A DNA stretch of 50,043 nucleotides, taken from the IMG/VR virus record IMGVR_UViG_3300047508_000210, positions 1 to 50,043 of that record; one strand, given 5' to 3'. The notes under the pieces were generated by a model. That model did not search any database, was not told the origin of the DNA, and saw only the letters and a list, made by a program, of their open reading frames with translations. This DNA comes from a virus. Taxonomy: Duplodnaviria > Caudoviricetes. Shown in pieces: positions 39,029-47,438 of this stretch. Positions within the stretch are counted from its first letter, which is position 1, and every line of letters begins with the position of its first letter. Both the position numbers and the translations under genes were made by a program.

Positions 39029-39349
39029 CTACCACCCTCTCAATCGTAATCCTAATCCTGTCAGCTTTTTGAAAGGTGTTGCCGACGTGGAAGCGCTCGT
39101 TGAGTCCGAGGGGGAGGAAGCTGTCAGGCGTGGCGTCGGCGATCGACGTTTCGATGATGTACCGTAGATTTGGTTGCCGGTCTTGCCCTTTTGTAACCAT
39201 GCGCCTATCCTATAGCTGCGGCCAATGACAGAGTTGCGGGTGCGGTGGAGGGAGTCGGCAATTTCCCTTGCGGAAAGGCCTTTGTCAGCGGATTGGATTA
39301 GGAGCAGGTCCTCTTCGGGTGTCCATGATTTGCCGCCAAATGTGTTCAT
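39029..39349 (-). CDS. gcrA: GcrA-like regulator (N-terminal HTH domain)
   Basis: WT.E...L......GLSAREIA..L..TRNSVIG...RIG. Confidence 0.8.
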   Translation of the reverse strand: MNTFGGKSWTPEEDLLLIQSADKGLSAREIADSLHRTRNSVIGRSYRIGAWLQKGKTGNQIYGTSSKRRSPTPRLTASSPSDSTSASTSATPFKKLTGLGLRLRGW

Positions 39350-39355
39350 GAGCGT

Positions 39356-40351
39356 TTACCTCGCTTTGAGTGGATTCCAGCGTTCTGATTCGGGGAGTTG
39401 GGTGAAGTCGGATTTGAGAAACCTTTCTCTTGCGTCTGGGGATTTGGAGCAGATGGTGCGGAATTTGCAACCGCCGAATTTGTCACAGGCGGTATCATTC
39501 ATGGGCCAGTAGTTGGCGGCGACGTAGGCTTCGTTGATGCGTAGGAGAACACTGAGGTCGGATAGCCATTCATCCAACTGATCTTGAGTCCGGTACGTGA
39601 AACCTCTAACGAAGCGATGTGGTTCTTCAAGAAGAAGCTGCGCAGCGCTGATAACGACTCCTCGGATGGGCGCTCCAAGTATGATGCGACCTGCAAGAGT
39701 GTAGAGTGACATTTGGTTATTGGGTTCCCATTGGTCAAAGTAGCGATCTCCGAGAGTTTTGGTGGTGGTTTTGTAGTCCATGACGAGGAGGGCGTTGTTG
39801 AGGGTGACCACCCGATCGAGATGGCCGCAGAGGAGGTAGGGTTGGGAGTGTTCAATTAGTGTACCGCCGTCGCCGTATGATATAGTTCCGCTACCCGCGG
39901 CGTTGGGCCCGTAGTCTAGACCAAATTTAAAGCTAAGCTCCACCGCGGCGTTTCCATCAGCCTTGATATACGTCACCGCCGGGTCATCGTCCCCATATTT
40001 GTCCAGGTAATCAACAACAAGAGAATAAAGATTACCACGAGACTTGTATTTGCCAGCATGGGAGCCTGCATCAGGGTTGTAATCGCCAGTCCTAGCATGC
40101 AGAGCAGACATTGCGTTGTGTAGAGCAGTCTCGTGATCGCACCCCGCTGCGCGGCCCACTTCGTAGTCTTGTAGGGCACTGTGATACTCCTGACCAAAGC
40201 GTAGGTCGATGGACTCGAGTGTCCCCGCCCAGCCTTCAAGGATGGTGTATTGGTAGAGGCGGGGACATGTCTTGAGATAGTTGAGTGAGGTTGAATCCCA
40301 GGCGAATTGTAGTTTGGTCCCCGGGAGGAATGGTGATTGGGCTTCGGGCAA
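39356..40351 (-). CDS. PD-(D/E)XK exonuclease with Fe-S staple (Cas4/AddB-like)
   Basis: CPR, G...H, GHLD, DYKT, Q..LY, C-terminal CDKFGGCKFRTIC. Confidence 0.88.
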   Translation of the reverse strand: MPEAQSPFLPGTKLQFAWDSTSLNYLKTCPRLYQYTILEGWAGTLESIDLRFGQEYHSALQDYEVGRAAGCDHETALHNAMSALHARTGDYNPDAGSHAGKYKSRGNLYSLVVDYLDKYGDDDPAVTYIKADGNAAVELSFKFGLDYGPNAAGSGTISYGDGGTLIEHSQPYLLCGHLDRVVTLNNALLVMDYKTTTKTLGDRYFDQWEPNNQMSLYTLAGRIILGAPIRGVVISAAQLLLEEPHRFVRGFTYRTQDQLDEWLSDLSVLLRINEAYVAANYWPMNDTACDKFGGCKFRTICSKSPDARERFLKSDFTQLPESERWNPLKAR

Positions 40352-40369
40352 TGGGCTGTTCCTTGTAGG

Positions 40370-40648
40370 TTATGGCTTGTCCTTGAGGGCGGCGCGGGCT
40401 GTTTCTAGCTGTTCGTGCGCTACCCACGCCCAATAGTCCGCCAAGCCTTCATCACCGGGGCCAAAGTCCTTTCGCCCTTGCCACGGTACGCGGTTGACGA
40501 TCCTTTCCAGCGCCTCTCCCCGCTCGCGCCATGAGGCGATGAGCAGGCGGGCATACGATGGCCTAAGAGTGACGGGTTCCATCTCGATGATGGACTCCAT
40601 CTGCGCCACGATTTCCTCAACGCTCGGCTCGTTGTCTGGAAGGGGCAT
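40370..40648 (-). CDS. Hypothetical protein (92 aa)
   Basis: TGATG-coupled start MPLPDNE at 40648. Confidence 0.6.
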   Translation of the reverse strand: MPLPDNEPSVEEIVAQMESIIEMEPVTLRPSYARLLIASWRERGEALERIVNRVPWQGRKDFGPGDEGLADYWAWVAHEQLETARAALKDKP

Positions 40649-42486
40649 CAATACGCTCCCGGTGGGATCGAACGGGCGTTGCCGGTGACGTTGAGGGGAG
40701 TTGAACAACTTGAAGTTGTACCAACTATGGATGCTGGTCCGGGCTTGAGGGTGAGGTTGGGGATGGTGTTCGGGATGATTACGCCGTTGGGACCAAAAAC
40801 AAGGGACTGGAACAGCGATGACTGCGCGGTGCCAGGGGTTAGGATGATTTCGTTGGTATGGTTCGCATCGTCGGTGGGGGAGAAACCGGTAGGGCCATAG
40901 AAACCGTTGCCGCCGTTGAAGAAGGAGCCGTTGGCGGCATAGGTGCCGTCGGGGTTTTGGAGCCAGTAGACGAGCTGTCCCAACGATAGATTGTGGTCGG
41001 CGGTCGTGCCGTGTTGGCCGTTCCATGAAATGGTTGGGGCGATGTTGTTGCAAATGCGGAATCCGTAGCCTGTGGAGATGCCGGGGGGATTGGCGGCACG
41101 GGCGATGTTGGTTCCGTCGGAGATGACGGTGTTACCGGCGATGATGGAGGTTGTGTCGGCGGAGTCGGCTAGGATGCCGATGAGTCCGCCGGTTACGAGG
41201 ACGTTGTTGGTGTATTGCATGTTGAGAAATTGGAGGTTGTTGTCGCCGGAGTAATCGTTGAAGCCGTTGCTGGGTGTGGGGAATTTGTTGGTGGGGTCGT
41301 ACATGTCAATGACGGTGTTGGAGTCAACGATGCCGTTGTTGTATTGCAGCCAAGTAATGCCTGGATGGGGGACGCTGTACCATTGGATGTCGTCTACGTG
41401 GGCGTAGACGAGGACGGGACCAGTCCCCGGCGTGCATGGGCCTGACGCTGGGCAGTTAGGGGCAGGTTGGCTTAGGTCAACCGCGTCGTGGATAAAGTTG
41501 TGGGTGATGGTGACGTTGCTACCACCGGGATTGATGGCGTCATCGGCGAAGTGATCGAACTCGTTGTTGGCGATGAGGGATTTCTGGGCGACGTTCGCGA
41601 GGAGGAAATGCCCGTCGTGGAAATGGTTGTTGGTGATGGAGATGCAAAAGGTGTTGGCGGCTTGGGCGCTGCCTTGGACGGACATTAGCTGGCTGGTTTG
41701 GTTGTACCAATCGATCTGGGCCCATGTAGCGGCGGTGGAGCGATCGGCGTTGGAGATGTCGTTGTTGTCGAAGATGATGTCATGGGTTTGTAGTGGGCCG
41801 GTGTAGTAATAGCCCTCGCCGCCGCCAGCGTCACCGATGCCGATGGCAAGGCCGGACATGTAGCTGGAGACGATGTTTTGGAACTTGATCCCGGAGAAGC
41901 GGAGGTTGTTGGTATCGGCGATTTGGAGAGAGTTGATGACTGGGGTTTGGTTAGGGCCAGCCATGAAGGTGAGGAAGGATGGGTTGTTGATGACGGTGCC
42001 GGGAGCCGCGATGTTAAGGCTGCCGTAGTTGCCGGACATGAGGATGATGGCATCGCCGGGGGAGATTGGAGAGTTGGGGTTGATTGAGATTAACGTTGGG
42101 TTGTTGGGGCTAGGGCCAGTTGGGCCGGGGAGATCGGCATAGGCCCATGGAACGGGGTTGACGGGTGGGATTTGGGGGAAGGTGATGGCGTGGGTGTATG
42201 GGGCGGTGGAAAGGAGGGGGAAGGGATAGCCGGGGGTGATGGAGGTGTTGGGTTGGGAGAATATGGCTTGGATGTCGTGCCATGGGGTGATGGCGGTGCC
42301 TTGGGAGGATAGGGGGATGCCTGCCGCGGTCCATTGCGCGGCGGTTTTGCCGTTGACGGGATCGAAGTACCATGTGTGGGCGAAGGTGGAGGGGGGAGCG
42401 GTGCAGCCGGGGTAAACCGCTGGGATGGATTGGGCAATGGCGGTGGTTGGGAGTAGGGCGAGGATGGCGAAGAGGGAGGTTTTCAT
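40648..42486 (-). CDS. Exported right-handed parallel beta-helix protein (polysaccharide lyase-like)
   Basis: MKTSLFAILALLPTTAIA|Q; PGD.I.L..G.Y, ITNNHFHD, DDAI, H.D..Q; 6 Cys. Confidence 0.8.
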   Translation of the reverse strand: MKTSLFAILALLPTTAIAQSIPAVYPGCTAPPSTFAHTWYFDPVNGKTAAQWTAAGIPLSSQGTAITPWHDIQAIFSQPNTSITPGYPFPLLSTAPYTHAITFPQIPPVNPVPWAYADLPGPTGPSPNNPTLISINPNSPISPGDAIILMSGNYGSLNIAAPGTVINNPSFLTFMAGPNQTPVINSLQIADTNNLRFSGIKFQNIVSSYMSGLAIGIGDAGGGEGYYYTGPLQTHDIIFDNNDISNADRSTAATWAQIDWYNQTSQLMSVQGSAQAANTFCISITNNHFHDGHFLLANVAQKSLIANNEFDHFADDAINPGGSNVTITHNFIHDAVDLSQPAPNCPASGPCTPGTGPVLVYAHVDDIQWYSVPHPGITWLQYNNGIVDSNTVIDMYDPTNKFPTPSNGFNDYSGDNNLQFLNMQYTNNVLVTGGLIGILADSADTTSIIAGNTVISDGTNIARAANPPGISTGYGFRICNNIAPTISWNGQHGTTADHNLSLGQLVYWLQNPDGTYAANGSFFNGGNGFYGPTGFSPTDDANHTNEIILTPGTAQSSLFQSLVFGPNGVIIPNTIPNLTLKPGPASIVGTTSSCSTPLNVTGNARSIPPGAY

Positions 42487-42493
42487 GGGCGGC

Positions 42494-42685
42494 TCACTTG
42501 GCGGCTAGGACTGCCGTGTAGACGGAGAGGATCATGGCCCGGACTTCGGGGGTGTCTTTTTGCTGGGCGTACCAAGGGAGGTGGGCGTTCATAGCTTCTA
42601 TGGCGACTAGGTATTGGTGTTCGGTCATGAGAGGAATTCCTATTGAGTAGTCTTTTACTGCGGCTGCAAATCCGTCAAGGACCAT
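42494..42685 (-). CDS. Hypothetical protein
   Basis: Coupled small ORF. Confidence 0.6.
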   Translation of the reverse strand: MVLDGFAAAVKDYSIGIPLMTEHQYLVAIEAMNAHLPWYAQQKDTPEVRAMILSVYTAVLAAK

Positions 42686-42924
42686 TAGAGCTTCCTACGT
42701 TTGAAGGTTGGGGTGGAGGATGGTTCCTCGGGGGCAACGCGGACAATGTCGAGGATATCGGCGAGCGTGCTGGTGGCACGGCTGGGCTTTTGGCCTTGGG
42801 ACTTGAGCTGTCGCATGCGCCGAGCGTTGGCGATTAGGGCGGTGATGTCGTCGTGGTCTAGTGGTGGGTCTTTGTGGTTGATTTCGTCAATGCGGAGCAT
42901 GAGCGTGTCGATTTCATTTGCCAT
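42685..42924 (-). CDS. Hypothetical protein
   Basis: Small ORF in early operon. Confidence 0.65.
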   Translation of the reverse strand: MANEIDTLMLRIDEINHKDPPLDHDDITALIANARRMRQLKSQGQKPSRATSTLADILDIVRVAPEEPSSTPTFKRRKL

Positions 42925-43159
42925 CGTTCATATCCATGTATTCTCCCCGTTCCATTTCGTTGTCGCCCCAATATAGATCGCTACGTTCTTTGATAGACTT
43001 TAGTTCTTGGTGGATGATATCGCGCGCTTGCTCGGTCCAGCCACGGCCGAAGAGTTGTTGCATGTAGACCACGTCCTCGGCATAGAGGTTAAGGTTGGTG
43101 CGGTGGAAGGTTGGATTGGGCAAGCTGCGTAAGGCCTTCTGCACGATGTCGCTGGTCAT
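42914..43159 (-). CDS. Hypothetical protein (possibly ribbon-helix-helix-like)
   Basis: RTNLNL strand followed by two helices. Confidence 0.6.
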   Translation of the reverse strand: MTSDIVQKALRSLPNPTFHRTNLNLYAEDVVYMQQLFGRGWTEQARDIIHQELKSIKERSDLYWGDNEMERGEYMDMNDGK

Positions 43160-43347
43160 GACTTGGGCAGGTAGTTTAGGAAAATTCGTTGTGTTAAATT
43201 GTGCGCTGATTGCTCGAATTCCTCCTTGGTTTCCATATCGAGGTTCTTTTTGTCGGTGTCATCTGCTGGGCGAAGTAGCTTGCCCTCCTCGATGTCCTTA
43301 ACCCAAAGGGAGTTGGTTATGTTCATGTATGTGAGACGTTCGGTCAA
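43156..43347 (-). CDS. Hypothetical protein
   Basis: TTGA-coupled start; alternative ATG at 43326. Confidence 0.5.
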   Translation of the reverse strand: MTERLTYMNITNSLWVKDIEEGKLLRPADDTDKKNLDMETKEEFEQSAHNLTQRIFLNYLPKS

Positions 43348-43556
43348 AACGATAACTCCACGCTGCGTTTCATGATGAAGATGGTGTTGGGGAGCGCAGG
43401 TTTGCAGATCATGATGCCGAGGGTTTCGCGGCAACCTGGGAATTGGTTGGTGATTTGCTGGGTGAGGGCATTGACGTTGTTGGTTTCGACGAAGAGGCCG
43501 ATGGTTTCGGTGGTGGCGCGATCGAGCAGCGCGGCGAGGGTTGCTTGAGCGATCAT
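43344..43556 (-). CDS. Hypothetical protein
   Basis: ATGA-coupled start MIAQATL. Confidence 0.6.
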   Translation of the reverse strand: MIAQATLAALLDRATTETIGLFVETNNVNALTQQITNQFPGCRETLGIMICKPALPNTIFIMKRSVELSF

Positions 43557-43864
43557 GCTGCGTCCTCGATTGAGAGAATGTTGGAACCATGCCGTTCGAT
43601 GTACACCCACCAATGCCCGACTGAATCCTCGCGAGGCTTGCGAACGACGAGGGGGTCATAGGGCGATCGCCCGTGACGGGGATCGTCGGGTTTGTAGAGG
43701 CGTTCCGTTTCCTCGCGATGGAGGGCCCGGGCGTTGCACATGCGGAGTTGGAAGGTGTTGGCCTCGGCGTAAGACTCGAACTCAACGCGGGTTGGTTTGT
43801 CGATGGCACGGTCGAACACATCGATGCAGTCGTGGTAGGCGTCTAGGCGTTGAGGTAGGCTCAT
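43553..43864 (-). CDS. Hypothetical protein
   Basis: ATGA-coupled, 103 aa. Confidence 0.7.
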   Translation of the reverse strand: MSLPQRLDAYHDCIDVFDRAIDKPTRVEFESYAEANTFQLRMCNARALHREETERLYKPDDPRHGRSPYDPLVVRKPREDSVGHWWVYIERHGSNILSIEDAA

Positions 43865-44088
43865 TTTCTTAGCTCCACGATAACGGGGACGTAGTGGTCG
43901 TCGGTTTCAATCTGGTATTCGTTGAGATAGACTTCTCGATGGTGCTTCCAGTCATCCTCACCTTTGGACCAGATGAATTTGGGGAATTTCCTGTTAGCAT
44001 GGGCGATTAAATCGCTAACGCAGTTGCTGCAACCACCATCGGCGAAACCTATCAGTCGAGCAACTTCCCTAGCTTCTTTTAGCGTCAT
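43861..44088 (-). CDS. Hypothetical protein with CxxC
   Basis: ADGGCSNC; downstream of promoter. Confidence 0.65.
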   Translation of the reverse strand: MTLKEAREVARLIGFADGGCSNCVSDLIAHANRKFPKFIWSKGEDDWKHHREVYLNEYQIETDDHYVPVIVELRK

Positions 44089-44116
44089 GTTGCTGGCATC
44101 CTGCGATTGTCCTTAG

Positions 44117-44144
44117 ATGATACGGGATTTTTTGGATTTGTCAA
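44117..44144 (-). promoter_or_regulatory. Sigma70-type promoter
   Basis: TTGACA-N16-TATCAT. Confidence 0.7.
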
Positions 44145-44158
44145 GTTGAGGGTGCGGA

Positions 44159-44366
44159 TTAGTTCACGCCGAACTGGCATCCACAGTTGGGGCAGTTCAC
44201 AACGTACTCTGGGTGTCCTTCATCTTCAACCTTGTCGGCGTGGAGTTGGCAGTATAGGCCGAGGGGGATGTGCGGCCTTGCCCATCCAAGATTGCCCAAT
44301 GGCGATTGCGGCTGCTGGTTCACCACAGTTCTCCCATTGACATAGCCCTTCGATTTTGGTTATCAT
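44159..44366 (-). pseudogene. Frameshifted zinc-finger-like ORF
   Basis: ATGA-coupled MITKIEGLCQWENC...; +1 shift near the C5 run gives LYCQLH...CPNCGCQFGVN*. Confidence 0.6.
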
Positions 44367-44593
44367 TGCAACTTGCCCACCATCATTTTCTCGATCTTGG
44401 ACCGGACCAGCGCCATCATTTGGGACATCCCCCGCCAGCCGGTGGCCATTAGTTCATCGCGGTGGGTGTCCTCGGTTTGGTGCAGGTGGCCCATGACCGC
44501 GCAGAGTTCTTCGCATTCGATCAGGTGTTCGCGGAGTTTCATGTAGGTTTCGCCACGGGTGACGATACCTGCGACACGTTCGTATTTTTTCAT
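44363..44593 (-). CDS. Hypothetical protein
   Basis: ATGA-coupled. Confidence 0.65.
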   Translation of the reverse strand: MKKYERVAGIVTRGETYMKLREHLIECEELCAVMGHLHQTEDTHRDELMATGWRGMSQMMALVRSKIEKMMVGKLQ

Positions 44594-44901
44594 GATCGAG
44601 TCCTTGAGAGGTAGTCGCGTTCTTCTTTGGTTAGATAGCGGTGCTGTTGGGCTTCGAAATCACCTATGAGATTGTTGATTATGTTTTGTTCAAGGATTAT
44701 ATCTTCGGGCTTTCGGTTGGAGATTTCGTCAAGGGTTTTGCCATAGGTTGGGTCAAGCTTGGCAATGATGCGGGATAAAGCATTGAACTGGAGGGATACA
44801 AGGGTTGAAAGCCGCTCCACCTTTACTTCGAGATGGACATTGGACTCTTGGACTTGTGCCCAAGCGCTGAGCATTTGGTTCCAGTGTTTGGGTTTGGTCA
44901 T
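44590..44901 (-). CDS. Hypothetical protein
   Basis: ATGA-coupled. Confidence 0.65.
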   Translation of the reverse strand: MTKPKHWNQMLSAWAQVQESNVHLEVKVERLSTLVSLQFNALSRIIAKLDPTYGKTLDEISNRKPEDIILEQNIINNLIGDFEAQQHRYLTKEERDYLSRTRS

Positions 44902-45239
44902 GAAATTGCCCTTCGCTTGAACAACGCAGGTTGATCGGATTGGAAGATGACGGACATGATGTCATCGTGGGCGGACGGGAGATCGATGTTGTTTTCGGCA
45001 GGTTTGTATTCGTGGGTTTCGAGATGCGGGTCTTTTTCAATGGCCTCGATGGCATAGGCTAGGGCCTCGGCCGGACCGATGCGGGATTGCCCGTAGCCCA
45101 CGGCGTTGACGCAGCCGTTCACCTTTTGTTCTAGGGGTTTGACGAGGCACGCCTCCCATATGGTTAGTTCGTACCCCCGGAGATAGTGGAGGTAATATCC
45201 CCGATCCACGAACTCGGCGAACAAGTCATCGAGGGTCAT
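44898..45239 (-). CDS. Hypothetical protein
   Basis: 113 aa ORF in early operon. Confidence 0.65.
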   Translation of the reverse strand: MTLDDLFAEFVDRGYYLHYLRGYELTIWEACLVKPLEQKVNGCVNAVGYGQSRIGPAEALAYAIEAIEKDPHLETHEYKPAENNIDLPSAHDDIMSVIFQSDQPALFKRRAIS

Positions 45240-45288
45240 GGAGACACCATACAGTTGTGTTGTCTCGTACCCGCCTTGCGGCGCCCGA

Positions 45289-45594
45289 TCATTTGATAAG
45301 CCCCATTTGGGTTAGGATTTTGTCAGCCATTGCACGGTCGATGGAGTCGCCTTTCATGAAGTTGGAGGTGCCGTAGCCGGATGGGACAGGGGCGAGGTAG
45401 TCGCCATCTATGCGGTGGAGGCCCAAGATAGTGAACAGATGGGCTATACCACGATGATCGTAGTTTACGGTTTCGATGTAGGGGCCTTTCTTCCCGGGGA
45501 TTTCGATGTAGATATCTCGCCCATTCGCCCAGACTCTGAGGGCGGAAGAAGGAGCCCCCGAAGGGGCTAAGGAGTCAGTGGGGGATTTGGTCAT
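45289..45594 (-). CDS. Hypothetical protein
   Basis: ATGA-coupled. Confidence 0.65.
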   Translation of the reverse strand: MTKSPTDSLAPSGAPSSALRVWANGRDIYIEIPGKKGPYIETVNYDHRGIAHLFTILGLHRIDGDYLAPVPSGYGTSNFMKGDSIDRAMADKILTQMGLIK

Positions 45595-45848
45595 AGTACA
45601 AACCCACAGATATAGACGGCGATGAAGGGGCCGTCTTTGATGACTTCATGGCTACAATGGTGATAGTCGGGGTCACGATTGGTAAGTTCGTCGTTTAGTT
45701 TGTGGATTGCGTCGTTATCTTCTGCGTTGATGTAATAGCCCATGCTTTGCTGGGCTAGATCGATGATGGTATCGTCAACTCCCTCTATTAGGATGAAGGC
45801 TTTGGTATCATCAGGGACTTCTTCCCAAATTAGGAGATGTCTGGTCAA
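45591..45848 (-). CDS. Hypothetical acidic protein
   Basis: TTGA-coupled. Confidence 0.6.
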   Translation of the reverse strand: MTRHLLIWEEVPDDTKAFILIEGVDDTIIDLAQQSMGYYINAEDNDAIHKLNDELTNRDPDYHHCSHEVIKDGPFIAVYICGFVL

Positions 45849-46084
45849 CGGAGCAATCTCCCTCGACCGGCGTCGTTCATAGCCTTGCGGAAAGCTATCG
45901 ATGTGTTAATGTCATTTCGGCGGAGACGTTCCTCGAAGTAGTGATCATCAATAGCGATGGGGATGGGCGTTGCCTTGGGGAGCGGGATGTACTTGGGATA
46001 GATCGGCTTAACAACGCACCATGAGATACGGAGTCGTCCGATTGAGAGCCAGTGAAGCCCTCCGATTTTGCGGTATTTCATCAC
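45845..46084 (-). CDS. Hypothetical protein
   Basis: YRKIGGLHW..IGRLRISWC; coupled. Confidence 0.65.
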   Translation of the reverse strand: MMKYRKIGGLHWLSIGRLRISWCVVKPIYPKYIPLPKATPIPIAIDDHYFEERLRRNDINTSIAFRKAMNDAGRGRLLR

Positions 46085-46281
46085 AGTGCCTCCTCGATTG
46101 GCTTGCAGATATGACGGGACTTTTTGCCTTCACCGTCTGGTACTGTTAGCGACTCTTTCCAGTTGGCTTCACATTCCGCGATGGAGTGAGTGGGGTAGAT
46201 ATAGACGATATGCTGAACGCTTTGCCACACCTCACATTCTGGCGACGTTGTGAGACACATCCATAGAATGAACATGTACAT
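46081..46281 (-). CDS. Small 4-Cys protein, possibly exported
   Basis: MYMFILWMC start; hydrophobic N-terminus. Confidence 0.5.
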   Translation of the reverse strand: MYMFILWMCLTTSPECEVWQSVQHIVYIYPTHSIAECEANWKESLTVPDGEGKKSRHICKPIEEAL

Positions 46282-46334
46282 GGGGGATAGTTGGAAGGGG
46301 TTATTAGCCCCTTTCCAATCCCTGGGGTTGGAGT

Positions 46335-47087
46335 TTAGACCAAATCCATCATCTCGGCTGTGACCCAATAGGGGACATCGCCGTTGTTGGATTGCCAATC
46401 TTTCCATGACATGTTGGAGGGCTTGAGCCAGTAAGGCCGGGACATGGGGCGATCAGACTGTGAATCCCCACTTGGCGTAGGCGAGGGAACGCTTGTATTG
46501 CCGACATCCGGGGCTGTGGATGTAGTACCATCGGCAACACTTGCATTGGTAGGGCTGGCCTCACTCTGACCACCACTCTGGTCCGAATATCTCGGCTCTG
46601 GTCCAGATCGCGATGTCGGATCGGCGAAAGGGACTTGGACAATCGGCCTTTCCCAAGCGGGAATGTCAGCGGCGGGTGAGGTAGCCTCTCCAGTCATCTG
46701 GCCCGATTGGCCAGAGGTCTCCCCGACGTGTAAAGGGTTTGGGAGAACAACCTCCGGCGGCGGAGCAGCAACCGGCTTGGGGTCAACCAACTCAATCACC
46801 CCACCAAGGCGGTCCATAACGTGGCGAGCCTGTTCAAGCAGTAGTTCAGTGTTGACCTTATGGCCCTGCTCACTTTTGGTGGCGTGGGCTAGGTCAGCCT
46901 CCAGCTTTACGACCTGATCGCCAAGTTCGGTGTTGCGGGAGGAGAGGAAGGCGATGCGGGCATTGAGTTTGTCAATCTCAGCCTTGGCATCGGTAAGGTC
47001 GGCTTCAACCTGCGGGAGTTTGTCGAGGGCGGCTGCCATCTCGACGAATGAACTGGCCAGACTACGGCCGATTTCGGTGTTTGTCAT
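46335..47087 (-). CDS. Coiled-coil protein with disordered linker and Trp-rich C-terminal motif
   Basis: AAGGA RBS; heptads; RPYWLKP....W.DW. Confidence 0.75.
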   Translation of the reverse strand: MTNTEIGRSLASSFVEMAAALDKLPQVEADLTDAKAEIDKLNARIAFLSSRNTELGDQVVKLEADLAHATKSEQGHKVNTELLLEQARHVMDRLGGVIELVDPKPVAAPPPEVVLPNPLHVGETSGQSGQMTGEATSPAADIPAWERPIVQVPFADPTSRSGPEPRYSDQSGGQSEASPTNASVADGTTSTAPDVGNTSVPSPTPSGDSQSDRPMSRPYWLKPSNMSWKDWQSNNGDVPYWVTAEMMDLV

Positions 47088-47110
47088 TTGGGCTTGTGAT
47101 CCTTGTGGTT

Positions 47111-47357
47111 ATGGGTGGCTTTAATGTCACCGGACATTGTCTCGCACCCATCTTGGGAAGGGGGAAGCGGCGATCCTGAGATTGGTGTGGGTTAAGCTTT
47201 TGGCCATACCAACTTTTGTAACCGTCTCTCATTGCTCGCCGCTATATTCTAGGGTTTACACAGACCCTACAACTGTTGGTATCCTGAGGATGTGGGGTGG
47301 ATCGGCGGGGGTTGAGTAGCTACCCCGCTTCTTCGCACTGTTCCTCATTGCTACCAA
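47111..47357. ncRNA. Putative structured RNA region (four stem-loops, two sharing an internal-loop motif)
   Basis: Helices at 47111-47151, 47166-47243, 47250-47269, 47276-47357; no credible ORF. Confidence 0.6.
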
Positions 47358-47438
47358 GTGGCTACATCCGACGGTTTAGTGTCCGCCTCACTCTGCTGTC
47401 AATGATAGGTCCGCCAGACCGACCGTCTACCTCACTCC

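Noticed and set aside
39356-40351. Cas4 / CRISPR system
   Set aside because: No repeat-spacer array; context (Sak4-like, SSB) fits a recombination exonuclease
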